Under the pieces are notes generated by a model that was not told the DNA's origin, made no database searches, and saw only the letters and a program-made list of their open reading frames with translations. The position numbers and the translations under genes are program-made. From positions 25,172,001-25,236,000 of the forward strand of contig OZ281496.1 of NCBI GenBank assembly GCA_965637545.1: DNA of 64,000 nt. Reading direction: 5' to 3'. This stretch comes from Phallusia mammillata. Taxonomy: Eukaryota. Below are positions 36,101 through 51,100 of this stretch, in pieces. The number at the start of each line of letters is the position of its first letter. Position 1 is the first letter of the stretch.

Positions 36101-39100
36101 TGCATATTACACACACTGATATACTAGTCTCGTCAGCAGAGAAAACAACTTTACGTAGCGTTGCATATTCTGTTTTTGCAGATTTGTATTCCTTTGTTAA
36201 CGCGTTTGTTACGTAATAATTAACAAAGAGCTATTGTTACGCGCGCACACACACTGCAAACAAAAACAGTATTGTCTCATATTGCGTATTAACCTGCGCG
36301 CCGCCAGTTTGCCTCTTTCAGACTTCACGTTTGATGGTATAGAGATGGGGTTGCAGGTAACTACAACAAGCGAGTACAGTCATGCTACTGCACTTCAATT
36401 TTCGTGTTCGACTTTTGTGTTCGGCATAATCATCACATAATTTTTATTCAAATGTACAACATTTGGTAAATTCAAAAACTAAGCTGCATCAGAGGGATCA
36501 AAGAGCCGCATGCGGCTCCGGAGCCGCGGGTTGGCGACCCCTGGTATATACTGTATATTGATATGTATTGACAACACACTTTTCCTACAATTGCCGTTTG
36601 TATCATGGGTCCACAACTACTTCTACGTTATGTGTTTAATATTGTTAAGTGCACAACAACAGAAAAAGTCTTTTTGTACGTTATAATGTCCCAATTGTGA
36701 TGAATAATTGGGTTTTGGGCAGTTTTTAATCTGAAATACAACCAGTTTGGAAGGAATAAAGAACCAGCGAGTAGTAAGCCGAGTTGGACACAGCTTTCAA
36801 AAAGGCAAATCGAACTTTAAATTGAATGAAGTTTTAAGAAGAAGAAAGTTAGGGTACAGAATGATAAATGAATTTGCCGTGTTTCAAAAAACTATTGGTA
36901 TGAAGATGAACGAAGTAAAATCTAGCTTGACGTAGAAAGTGAATGACGTTACAGTCAACAAAAGTCCACCTCTCACAAAAACAACATAAAATACTTAAGC
37001 ACCTGCTGGACTTCCTTGTCGCGACTAACTGCCTCTGCTGCTTCTTGCTGGATGTCGATTGGCTCCTTTCTCGGTGCTGGTTCAGGATCTTCATATCCTT
37101 GCTCGAACAGTTTCTTCGCAGAGCTAAAATCACACAACATATTTAAATTTTGAGTGTCATAAACATAGTAAGGCTTCGTGAAGGATGCTTCTTTATGTAT
37201 AAACAGCTTGGTAAACAGTAATTTACCGTTAAGGGTTATTAGGTTATGTTATCATGACCATATATGGGCAGTCGTGTTACCTAAAACCGATTTTCGATCT
37301 AGTAATATGGCCGAAAACAGGAAATTTAAGCTGTGTGAGGCCGTGTGTTGATGCCATATCTACACGTAGATGCCTGGCCACGTTTCAGAACATAATCTCC
37401 ATTTACCTACACCAGGTTTCTCAAGTTCTTTACTTTATCGTACACGTTTACAGTATTTTTTAAAGAAGGAATTTGCGCCACGAACATCTGTTGTATTTTA
37501 TAGACTACACAATTTTGTAAAAATCCCGCAGGACGGGCAATAACTTACACGATAAATGTAGCTTGTCCGTTTTGTTCGGGTTTTATTTCTTTTGCTTTAA
37601 GTCTATAATTTTATTTTACGACTATCCTTTGGCCACTTTGGCTGGGTGTGCAATTTCAGTTATAACAAAAACTGTGTCACTTTAACTTAAACATACCCAA
37701 GATCAGAGGCAGGCACAATGTCTCTGTCGTCTCTAGTTCCCGCCGGTGGAGGGCGCACGACTTCGCCTTGTGGTGTTTGAATTACCTCCGTGTGTTTAGG
37801 CTGATCGGGTCTGCAAACAACGACATAAGGCAACATAAATCATTCGCGTTCATGTTGATACTGGGCGGTTTTGTTGGTAACATAAACTGATCATGATTTA
37901 CATAGAAATTTTCTAAATATAGTTTTACACACTAATATAGAGGGTTACATATAAAACTCTTTTCAGCAATGTTGAACTGTACAAATATGTGGAAATCGTT
38001 TGGCAGAAAAGAATAGTTTCATTTTTAAGTGTGCAAGCTCGTGCCTATTTAACGCTCGTTAACAAACCAGACCCAATGGCAAAGTAAGCATTAGTTAACT
38101 ATGTATATAGACAGGGTTGCCATCGACTTGAAACCAAAAATAAGGACAACCAAAAAATTAAATTTTCATATGAAACGAAACAAACGTTTTTGAACAAATC
38201 TTTGCATTTTTACGAGCCACGACATATCACAGGCCATATTTTTGGGCAGAAACAATCTGTTCCAGCAACTCCTTGTTCGTACAAAATACTTTGTGCATCT
38301 CATGACAGCCCAGGTTTAGGTTTACTTTTACTTTCAGCAGGGATCTGACTTGTAAATGTTTAAAATAAGACAAAATAAGGACGTAAGTCAAAAATAAGGA
38401 CAATGAACATTTCTAAGTCATAGCCCTTCAAAATAAGGACAAATCTTAGAAATAAGGACGGTATGGCAACCCTGTATATAGAACACATATGAAACATGGT
38501 AAAAACAGTTATTGATTTTTGATCTAAACGCAACAAGTTTGAGTGTAAGGATATTTATGATTGTTTATTGTAAAAAAACGCCTTTATTTCGACCCTACGA
38601 CAGTTAAATTCGTTTACATGCGCGTCCAAATATGTCCGTTGGAAACAATACACGTTTCAAAGAAGCACAAAGCTGTAATCAGGGGTAAATGCGTCTGTGG
38701 GAAGTCAAGAGGCAATTCCCATTCAATTTGCACATGTATAATTAACAGCACGACTCTTACTTGGCCGGGGAAACCGCTTCGCCGTTCTCAAACATCTTCT
38801 TGGTGTCCTTCAGGTTCAGAGTGTAGTCAACTACTTCTTTCTCATCAGTCTGGTTAACGATTTCCTGTGCATGTTAACAAGAGTCGGTAATGGCCGAATA
38901 TTTGAGTAAAGTTTGACTTAACGACATCGACAAAATGCAAAAAGACGTTTTGACCAATGTGTTTTTTTTAGAGGTAAAGGTTTGGGAATCATACCGTTAT
39001 AAACACGTTGTACAAAAAGGGCTGTGCCTTTATTTTTACCACTACATTAGTCAATAAACAGTTTTTGTGATGGTTGTAGAAAAGAGATCCAATCTTCTAT

Positions 39101-42100
39101 ACCGGTTGAACTACACAGTGATCACTAATTTCGGAATTTGTGATGTAAAAATTGAGTCTTCCGTAAAATAAGAGACGGTAAAACAACATCTTAGGGTCTG
39201 GCGACCACCCCATGATAACATAAAGTACATATTAAAACTCAACACCACTTTCTGCGAATGCGTTGAGTAACGCTGATCAATACCATAGTTTCTTCACTTA
39301 CAGCTGGAGTTGCCTTAGTCTGGGGCTGGATCTTGTTTCGCGGCTGGTAGCCCTTATCCTGGGGCGCTTCAAACATGGCGGCACGGGACTTTAAAAAGTC
39401 ATTTGAGAGGCTGTACGCCGGGCGTTCCTTTGTACCGGCTGTAGGCGGCCTCACTACACCTATACACGCCAATATGTAAGTGTTAGTTGGAGTGATGGTT
39501 AAAACTTTAGTTGACGAGCAGTGCAGACAAAAGGATACATGCAAACGGTCGAAACGTTGCTGGTTTATTTCCAATTCGACTTGGATGATGGATAGACGTG
39601 TACATACATATATGTGTGTATATACATATATATATATGTATAGTTTAATGGAATAATAGAGAAAGTGCACATGGAAATGCAGGAAGACATAAGAAACAAA
39701 AAGCATGCAAGTGATTAGGTGATATTCATTAAATTTATCTTTCTGTTGCTCACTGTACAATGATCATTATGAAACAACGTTATAAGTGTCATAAAAGCAA
39801 CTAGGTATGTACAAAGCATTACATTGCATAAATCAATAGAAAAAAATAGGGGCTACATTATTTCAAGTGCACGATAAGGGTTATACAGAAATGACTTATG
39901 GCTTTGTTTAGGCGGGAATTAAAAGAAGACGGACAGGTGCTCCATGCTGCCCTCTGGTGTGTCCAGGAGGGTAAGAGTGGAGTCATGCACAACATACACA
40001 CACACACAACACACTAAGCATGCGATCGTCACATCGGTCTCTTGCCTTGTGCTGAATCTAGAAAAAATAAAGTGCAAAGAATGTACGGGGCGGTGGTGGC
40101 ACAAAGCGCACCACAAATGTAAAATGGTTCTTTACGGATAAAAACGCACAACTTTTTACAAGGTGATATTACAATTCACTTTTGGAAATCAGTTTTTTTT
40201 GTTAAATTTTAAAATCTTTTCCCATTCAAAAAAGGAAGTTCTGGGTTTTGTATCTATAAGAGCAGTTTTTACACCTAATAAGGATTTACTCTTTAGTGCG
40301 AGTTCACTAAAACGTTTTCAAACTATTTGAGTGTAATACATTGGCTGTTAAAACATAAAAAGTGTCCAAACCGATGGTAAAATTTGTAATCAAGCAGAAT
40401 TTAAACTTCAAAAAAGGATGGCATGTCAATTTCCAGAAGGTTATACAGAACTTTTTTACTTTATTTAACGTGTTTGGGTTCTACTAAGTGCAAAATTATA
40501 ACTTGTAACTATTGACCTACTACCAATACAGAAAAGTCAAACATGCAATATAGCAGATCATAAGGCTGGCAATTTTCACTAATTCAGATTGATTAAAAAC
40601 AAGTTTCCCACTTCTTAAGAGTGAAGAGTAAAATAAATTGATCGTGTTGTCGACTTATGGAGTGTGATTACAACATACAATAAAACATGACATTGCCATG
40701 CATTGAACCAAAGCGGCAATTTCAATAGAAATAGATTTTTCATTCACTTACCCCCTGCTCTTTCTTCATACGATCCCTCGGCTACTACCTTCCTCTCTCC
40801 ATCTTCAGTTGTCTTGTTAGCTGTTAATTACAAATACATAAATGTTGAAATTTAAAATGGTTAGCCGTTTACATGTACAATGTACTGTATTTTTTGGCTG
40901 CAAAAGTAACTTTTGGATTAAAACTTTAAACAGAACAAATTTTCATTCAAGCTTTTGCAGCGAATTATGTAAATCTAAAAATACAGGGGATTTCTAACTT
41001 CATATTTTGTTACTGATGATATAAAAACAGTTTTTTAGCACACTTTTCTCATTAACGGTAGTTTTTAAGTTTGTACTTTCAAAGCAAAACAAAAAACAAA
41101 TATATAATGCCTTCCGGCCATCACAGCAATTTGCTTTTATAATTGTTCAAAAAATTGGTTAGTTTAAAATAGTTTCCATGAAACTCTTCAGTTTCAAGGT
41201 CTTAAAGTTGAAGGACGTTAATAGACGACCAATCTTGCAGGAAACGGAAACGTTAAGCAAACGTATTGCCATGCTGTAAACTTGAATGTGATACGCATAC
41301 CACCAGTGTTAAAAGCTGTTAAATGTCAGCATAACCGAACTTAAAAAGGGCGAATGTTAATCTAAACACAAAAATCACCACATTAGAAACAGGAGTTTAT
41401 CAAAAACGAAAAACGCCGAGAGTGGTTATTATCAAGCACAAAAGAAAAAGAACAGAAATTTGGGGGATGCACCTTCAGGGTCATTACCGTTCACCCAGCT
41501 GGAGTTGTTGATTTGACGACGGGGGCGCGCGGGACCAGACGATGTGGGGGAAGTTGTTGTCTTCGGTTGCTCAAACAAGCTCTTCACAGAGCTGATTTTC
41601 AGGCTTGGAACATAGTCGGGCTGTTCCTTGGTTCCTGCTGGAGGTGGTCGTACTACTTGAGACATTTCGGAATCACTGTCAACGTTTGAACTGTTCACGC
41701 TAATACTACGGACGCGCTGACTACCACTCTTAGGCGAGCTTGAACGGGCACTTCGACTACTTGGCGACGCACTGCTATGGTAATTCGAGCTACGACGCGG
41801 CGGGCTTTGGACCTCTGAGCTTCGGCCGATTCTTGGCGGTGACTCGGTGCTGGCTGCGGATGACGGACGCTTCAGGCTACTCTTGCGCTGAGTTGGCTTC
41901 GGCTCTTCTTTCTCGAAGAGTGCTTTGGTTTGAAGGAGATCTACGCTTGGCACGTAGTCTGGTGTGATTTTGGTACCGGCTGGTGGAGAACGAACAATTT
42001 CGATATCGGTTGAGGATGTAGGGGTAGGTGATCGCGGTGATTCTACGTATTCTGCTTTATCTTCCTTGACAGGGGATGCAGGCTCCTTAGCTACAGGAGG

Positions 42101-45100
42101 AGCACTTACTTTCTGTAAAATAAAAAAAACTTTTAGAATGATTTGTGGTCATACATTCGGAGTATTTCGTGTAACATCCCTTGTTTGTTAACTATAGAAG
42201 CTAACAATCAAATTCACTAACATTAACAGGAATGATGACTGATCTTTCCCATCGAAAAGTTTATTGCAGGTAATGTTATGATACCAAACACAAAAACGAC
42301 AGTAGACCTGGCCTGTAACCTTTGTTCTGCAATAAACTTTCCTCATTATTCATACACAAAGTACTGAACTTTTAATTTGCTAGTGGTCACATAACCCCTG
42401 GTTTGATCAAAACACAAGCCCTTTCTCATACCAAAAGTCTGGTCACATCTGGTAAATACAATCTCATTTTGCTTCAAACACACATAGACATTTGAAACCT
42501 TACATTTGAGTACGTTTTACGCAAAACCACTAAAGCAATGACAGCTATAACCTTTAAACCCAATATCCTTGAAAATGTACAGATTCAACCTTATGACAAA
42601 GCAACCACACTAACATTGAGGGTGCAACTTGGCAACGAACTGTACCAATCTATTGACCACATATCAACACATAAGGTTGCTTGGTTTTACTTAATGGCGT
42701 CTAAAGGTCTCTGGTGAAAGAAAATACATCCAAGTTATTGCCAAGTCGGTCTCTTGGCGACAAAAAAGGTTTACAAGTCCGGAGTATCCCATTGGGAGCA
42801 AAAATGTCAACGAAAATGTCTGAAAGACCACCAGGAGTAACACCCGACGGAAATCAACCTTTAAGAGCTGAAATAAATCCGACTTGCGAGGGAAATACAT
42901 ATTGCTTTTGATACAAGTATGTTAGATATGTATGACACACAAAATTCAAGTACTTTTTGTTGTGAGCCTATATTAGTAATCACAACCATGGTGTTAAAAG
43001 TAGATGATCTGTTTTTGTACTTAACGTTTTTTCCTTGCTTATATTTATAGCTGTTTATAGCTGCCTGATATACTAAAGCGATAACATTGCTTACAAAAAC
43101 CGTAAAAGCTTAGTTTTGTCAAACACTGAAACCTTGCTTTTTGTTGTCATCTACTTTAAATAAATGAAATATTTGAACTAGGAGTAGAAACTACACAAAG
43201 CATAGGCGCTTTACTTTCTGTACCACAGCAAAAGCATTCAATCAGCAAACGACGACTTCACGTAAACACAACAATTAGCAGACTATTAGGCAAAGGCGGA
43301 AGTAATACGATAAAGCAACACCAAGAGAAAGTGCATGGCTGCCTCTGGTTCATGTGTCAGTCTACTTCAACGCCGAATTCAATTGCACGGCTTTTTCCCT
43401 TGTTGGACCACAATGACAATTATGGGGGCACGATACACAACTATAAAAGCGAAAGCTGTTTTTGAAAATGCGTGCTCAGACTTGAGTACAATAAACTGAT
43501 AAATTAAATGACTTTAACTGCTGTTTTGTCGCTTTAAAACACCGTAAATTCTGTCTTCCCTGCTAAATTTATGCTATTCAGCAATCCTAAAGATTACGTT
43601 GGATGCGAGTGCTGTAATGTTTTTTTCACATTTTCACAAACTTGTTTTTGGACAAAATACCAGATCTTGACCACTGCGTAACAATACTACCAAGTTCTCA
43701 TAGTACACAAGAAATCTTGACAAGGTATGACCTGCAATGTACAGTTATCTGTTCAACGTTAAAGTCCAACTGTAATTTCATTACATCATCCTATACAACT
43801 GCAAATGCGCTAAAAATCGATCTTTCAACATTTTAATTACAGTAGAACCCGTGATATAAAATCCCAGCCAAATTTAAGCTGCTTCAACTGCATTGCGCAC
43901 AAGTCTTGGTAACCACATCACAACACTGACGCTTAGTTTGTGATTCACAACAGCTAAGACAGGCTTATATACAAAAGATGTTTGTTATTGCTGGGCGGAC
44001 TTGTCAGTTGTGTTTGTTTTTGGTTATGACAAAGTTACGCGCAGATGTTTTCATCACTTTGTCATAAAGATGATTAAGGCAATCGCCGATCGCTCGATGA
44101 CTGAAATGACAAGACCTGTTTTTTAGACTATAAACTTCAATACGTTTTTTTTTCATCTAATTAAGTAAAGTTCTCGGTAAAGCAGAAACTAATGGCTTTC
44201 AAAATCAGCCAACAACCTAAAATGTACAGTTGCAACAGTACAATATTCTATCATACGAATTGCAGTAGACGAACTGAAGGGTACCCAAAACATTGAAAAA
44301 ATACCTAATATAACAACAGCCACGCTTGCAGTTAAACGTAATTTGTAAGCATCGTTTTAAGCCAAGTTCAAAAAATTCAAAAGACAACGCCCAGCAAAAG
44401 AACTGGCTTCTCATATGTTGATCGTATCTTGCAGATGACAGGGAAAGGAAGTCTGTAACATTCAGCTCTATCCTCCTCTACTATTTACTCAGGTCGGAAA
44501 AGCGGTTCAATTCCTGTCAATCATTGTTTTACAGGGAGGGGGACGGCAGCAGGGTCAGACTTATCTCTTGCTTCCTTGTTTCTTCATATAGTCAAGCATG
44601 CCTTGTTTACACAGATAAGGTCGGAGAAGGAATCCAAAAAGTTGAACGTTTGGCGGAACGCACAGGTCACGACCAGGAACGACGTATCCTGTGATAAAGA
44701 CACGATCCAAAGCAAAGCGCTTGATTTATATGCGACTGCTGAATGCATCAACAAAGTCTGAAATGGCAAAGCAAATGGTATCAACAAAGTCTAAATGGTA
44801 ATGTCACAAAATATTGGCTGTGACCAAGCATCGTGGTGCCCTATGGAAAAAGATATAGCAAAAAGCTTGCATTTGGCCAAAGATATGACACATAGTATTA
44901 AACAAAGTCTGCAATGACGGCATCACAAAATACCGTTTGAGCCGAAGCGTAGCATTGTCCCACGAAGAAAAATCGAACCATAAACACGCTTTGGTCCACA
45001 ACAAAGATTGCAGGAAGTAATACAAAAATCGGATTACTCTAAAATCTAAACCGTAACTTCAAAGCAACAAGTTTTGATGCAATTTAACCAAGGCAACAGA

Positions 45101-48100
45101 TGTTCAACTTTCCGGAGTTAAATTATAACCAATATGCTCCCAGGACTTTACAACGCTTCTTTACTAAATATCCACACTACAAAACAAATACCAATAACAA
45201 AAGAAAAGCAAATACTGAGGTCGAAATCCAATGCCCTTAGAGCAGAACTAAATGCTGACCATTCTTCAAGATCAGGACAGAGCTGTTTGAGTAACCCTTG
45301 CTAATTAGAAGTAGTCACTATGTTGTCGCATTCCCTGAGATACAATATTTGACGCTTGGCGAAAGCAAATAGACACAACACCGCCCTGTGTCCTTCAACC
45401 GCTTTCCAACAATACAATACCTTACATAGCATTGAAGCGGTTTCTCATACTGATGACTACTGTAAGCTGCTCTTAATAATGGCCTACCGCCGGGTGAGCT
45501 CTATCTCGCCTATGTAATCCATGGCAGAAATACTTGCCCAGGGCATTAGCTGGACCATCTAATTAGAAACGCCCCGCTAAATCGTCATCATAGCTTTATA
45601 GCCGCCTGGACGACCAGTAAGAGCAATTAATGCAAAAACGGGCCACAGGGCTTGGTGGGCCATAAAAGTGAACACGCGTTGACGTTTAAATTACATCTAT
45701 AGATCAGACAGGTGCTGACTTAATGCTAGATAGTAGTTTGCTGTGACTGTCATTTAAAACGCCTCGAAACCAAAAAAATATTAGTCAAAACGTTATAAAA
45801 TAGATTTGTACGACCATAACCTGATACGAAAACTAAAGGTTTTTTTGATTTCCTAAATAAACCTGTTACAAGTTTTTAAAAGCACGACACACAATTTTGA
45901 ACCATGACATTTTCACTAAGAAACATCAAGAAATCGTCGTCTACAGAAATCGGAACTTGTATAAAAAAAACCTTTGGAAAGCCTTTATCCTCACAGCAGG
46001 TTCAATACATTCATGCATTACTTCATCACTTACTTTGTGAACGATGTTTCCCATACTGACTCGTTCCCAGATCAAGCCGTCGACAGAGTGGAAGATATTT
46101 TCAAAGGGTCATAAACTAACAAGATCAAAACCCTGCTTATAGCTATTGTCATGTGACCAATCTTCTAAGCGATTATAAGAAACCAAAGCAAGTAACCTCG
46201 TAAGCCTTTGCGGTTAAGCTGTCCACTTCGTGTGGGAATTATTCATGAAGTTTGCTTGTAGGCTGGGAAAAGACTCGTAGATGCCTTTACATGGCGTTGC
46301 ATGCATGAGGCAAGCCATTTGCGTGATTAGGGTAGCTTTAAAACGAAAGCAATTCCTGTACTGTTGGCCTGCCCAGGGACCCATACTTTTACGATGAGTG
46401 CATTTTAGTTGCTTTGTACAAACGCAAATTGAAGCTAATTTTGGGACTCTTATGTACAGTTTTACCATATGTACCTTTGTACGATAAAGCATATTTCATA
46501 CATACATGACATGAAAAACAGTCATGGATTTGCACTATGAGTTAATGAGATATGGACCCGATGGAGTTGGATTTGGAGAAAATGCGTATTTCTTGTTTCT
46601 GGTCGGTGATATTGACGTCAAACAGAAGAAGTGACCTTCGCAGTGAGACATCCAACATCAATCGAAGGATGGTGCAAAAGGACAAAATTTCAGTACTTTC
46701 GCTTTGTTTTGAACAAAACGTACAGAGCCTGACGCAGGGTAAATCATTTGTCAAGCGGCGTGATATGTTACCGTAACAAAAAACCTCAAAATAAACACTT
46801 TTTCTACGATTTGTTAAAAGAACGACCTATCATGAATTCAGGGTTCGGCAACGCCCGTTTACGCAAAAAATCTCATTTGGCGGCAGAACCAGTTTAAACC
46901 GGTTTTGTCTGGTCGACGTGCTTGCCAGAAGTTTGCAACAACTCAAGGGATAAGGCAGCGAAGACGCAAAATTCAAGCCTTCGCGCTGATCAATAATTTA
47001 AACGCGAGACAGACTGGCCTGGCAGCACGTACAGACACGTCATCGAGTCACGTAAACGCAAATGGTCGTGGCAAATTAAATGCCTTGCTTGAACACAAAT
47101 GTAAAGACAATTGCTTAAGTCGTCTTTATGGTACCTATGCTGGTATCACTGTTAAAAGCCAATCATCTTAAAATGCCATCTTGTTGAACCCAACAAAACA
47201 AGCTCAAGTATCTGGCTGCGTGATCAAAATTTGGCTACTAATCTAGATTTAATCCAGTTAACTTCTTTTTCACCTATTTTAACTGAACTAGTATGATCAT
47301 TAGGCATGAATAAAACGCTTGGCACCATACAAAGAAATTTTCTTCAACAGAAAAAAAAATACAAGTTTTGTCAATTTACAGCTCGTTGTCCTCATATGCT
47401 TTCTTCTTTTCCATAGATACTTTAAATGTAGTAAGAATACACTGCAGCATATGTGTCTATATGACAAGTACTGTGACGCAACCTAACACAAGCAAACTAG
47501 CAGATACCTTGCTTGCGACGATCCAAGATGTCTTCAAGTGGTGTGATTTGCTCCCAAGCTAACGGAAAATTCCCAAATAACGATAACTAAATTACAGCAA
47601 TAGATAAACTATATTACATTTGTATACATCAACACAACGATATAGGACGGCTAGGGCTTACACCAAGCAAGGGACAAGAACAAATGGTCGATTCAATGCA
47701 AAAGCCCCAGAAGAAACAAGGTTAAAGAGACAGACGTGCTACGTGGCAGACAGGGCACTAGATCGATACTAATCTACTTAAAGCGTCTCCTCCAAGGCGC
47801 AACATGTACGAAAAATACCTGTTTTTTCACGTTTGTATGCAATACAGCTATAATTTTTACCTATTGATAACATTTCAAGCCATTGACCACACCCTCACAA
47901 AAAATATTCTTACATATGTTAAGTAAACCTTACATAACCACAATGTACTTGCAAAGCAAAACTTGCCTTTCTTTACATTACCAAGACTGTTTTAAGCCTT
48001 ATTGAACAGTAAAAGGCAAAAAACTTTCGCGTGCGCATTTTTGCCGGCGATGGTCCAAAATAGGTTCTTTGTACAGCGCTGAAAAACACTCTGCAATCGT

Positions 48101-51100
48101 CATTTCCGGGTAAAATATGTAAACGCAAAGTCTTTGCACGCCAAGACATCGGGTTACTCCCTTTACCACACAGCGTACATGTTACCGAGCAAAAACACAA
48201 GTCATTTGCTCCTTTTCCACTAAACACTGGGCTGGCTTTTAGGCGTCGTTTTGTCCATTTCAACAAACTGATTGCTAAAAGCACTCTTTGAAAACACATT
48301 TTTTTCGCCATTTTGCTACAGTTAGTGCAACTGATGTGTCAAAATATGGAAATGAATTTTACCTTTGCAGCTATAATTAAAGGGTCAATTACTTATATTT
48401 CTAAAAGAATGCATTTTGTTGTCCGTTTGTGCAAAGATAAAGAAGCAATTGCAGATGAATAAAGACAAGACGACCACACAAAACAGTTTAAACACCGGTT
48501 GCACATGCTGTTGTAATGACTCAACCCTTAAATTGGCTCTATTCTGCCTGTTCGACTCACTGTTTTCGAAATGGCCTTTTTCAAGCAAAACACTCGACCA
48601 ATAAGAAAACTTTTCTGACTCAAAAGGTATTAACCTGACAAGTGATCTGTCATTTCCATATTAACCTAAAAAGCGCAAACTCAGGGTGTAGCGCATTCGC
48701 TTGGTGTTACTCTGCTTAATTAACGACGCTTCAACGTAAAACACAGCCTGCTCCGTTTGCTCTAAAACAAAGCGCAATCAATACTACCCGTTATCTAACA
48801 GAAAGCCTGTATCGACCAGCACTCTGTTTAAAACAAAGCAAGCGAGGCGGCTTCGGAAAACAAGAAAAACAAACAAACACGGCCAAGTTGGCCTGGTTCA
48901 TTCGGGATTTAGGTTTTAGTTTGTTTGCACCCGTTTTGGGGGTTGCAAGGCGTTTTTCCTCGCTAAACATCGTTCAGGACGCAGACAAATGAATCACGCA
49001 GAGACGAGGAGGCGCGACTAGGGAGGACACCGTATATGGTGATTTCATGAAGCTAACGACCCGCGAGACTGATAGGTTCCTACTGCTTTTTTTTGGGTGT
49101 GATTTTGCAACAGACAGGGCTTTTTATATACGATAACACAAACAAGATTATTGACGTAACCAACTTAACAACAGCTATACACTTTCTAAGAAAGAAAAAC
49201 TATTCATTTGAGTTGACCGGTAAAAAATGCTTATCTTTTGAGGAGTCTTACCGTCAGCAGTTCCGTCAACACCACTGCAATGGTTAACATTCACAACAGG
49301 TTTTACGAAAACCACAGTTCACTCTTATAAACCAGCACACGACACAATGCACTCGCGAAAATAACATAATGCTGTGCAGATGCCTTTGCGTCCGGTTTAC
49401 ACAAGGACACCGAACTTTCAGAACTTACAAGCCATATATGACATCAACCCACGCCGATTCGTGTACGCGTGCTCACCGCAGAGCGGAATTACGTTTGCCG
49501 ATCACACTAGCATCCTGTGATGACTGATGGAAAGTACGGTGCACGGCCCAGGAGGGGCATCGCTTAGTCATTACATACACCAAAAAAATTAGAGAACATA
49601 CATCTCCGGATGTGTTATATGATAGATAAGGCTTACTAGTTTTAGTTAGCGGTTCTTAACTTCCACTTTTTTCGGTTTACTTTTTGGGTAATTCAAACGT
49701 CTTTTACATAACCAAGAGGTTTAGTCAAACCCACAAAAAACCCACAAAACTTTACCATCAGTAAAATAGTGCACATGCAAAATCAACACGTTTTGTGCTC
49801 AACAAAACAAAGGCAGTAAAGGCCAATCAATTAAGGTCAAAATTTAGTTATGAAGCTACTCTTCACCCCATGTTCTGTGTACCTAAATCCTAATTATGAA
49901 ACACTGCATCTAACAAAGCGAGGCCATATCAACGCTTTATGTATGCCACTAAAGTCCTACTGCATCAATTTTTGCCCTATATGTCTGTCACAAAACTTCT
50001 GGGTGGAAGAATATTCCAACAACACAGAGCGTCTATCACAATAAGATGACAAACAATTACGCTTGTCCTGATCTAGCGACAGACTTTTCTATCTAAACGC
50101 ATCTGCTCGTATTCAAATCACTTTTACGGTGTCTGCAGCGATCAGGCGGTACATCAATAATAAATCACAACGCAGTTTGGATTCGGCGCCGGTCCGACGT
50201 TGGACTATTTTATCACCGACGCCCCTCCAGGACTAGGTAGCGCCCCGCTGAATTATTTATAATAAACATACGAAATGGCTCGTTATCGAAAGTCGACGGC
50301 AAAACCAACAGTTGGCTGGGTTTCTGATGTCAAATTGTGCCATACTGATCACCGTGTAATTGCTAGGGCACCACATGTGAATATCTGAGACCAGGAGCGG
50401 ATTTTAAAAGACTGTTAAGTGATGAACGTAGAAAACAATACAATTGGCTGCTATCGCTATACTAAGGGGATAAAAAGTTAACTTAATTCTTTGTATACTT
50501 GTGTAACTTTAATGAACTCACAAGTAGAGTGTACACAATCAATTGCTACTAGCCAATATGAACACCTAAAATTTAAACTGTTTAATTGCACCAAATCAAA
50601 CGTACAAATATATATTTTAGTTGTTATTAATTTCCATATGCGCCTTATTAAGTTTCGTTTTATGGCTATAATTAAAGACTACAAATCTTGAACAGTTTAT
50701 TTACAACTTAGATACACTGAACACGGACCTACAAAGCATTTCTGTCAGAAAACAACCAAAAAAGCTGTATTACTATACATGGAAGCTCTCAGGCAGTATT
50801 TTTAAACAATCGCAATTTGACAACCCTGCAGCAGCCTATGTATGGAGGTTTACCACTTTGAAAGGCCACACTTTGGCAATTGTAAAAGCAATAAGGTACA
50901 CATGTCAACAGCGGATGCTGGATGCTTATGTATTCATCTTTGCATACAGCTAACTGCCAATCAGCAAAACACAGACACCACATACATGCATTATATATAC
51001 GGAACACCTGAACTTAACAGAACGGTGTTCTATCACGTACACGTCAAAACATAGTCCAAACAAATTTCCTATTCTACATACATTTTGGCGAGTTTTGTTT

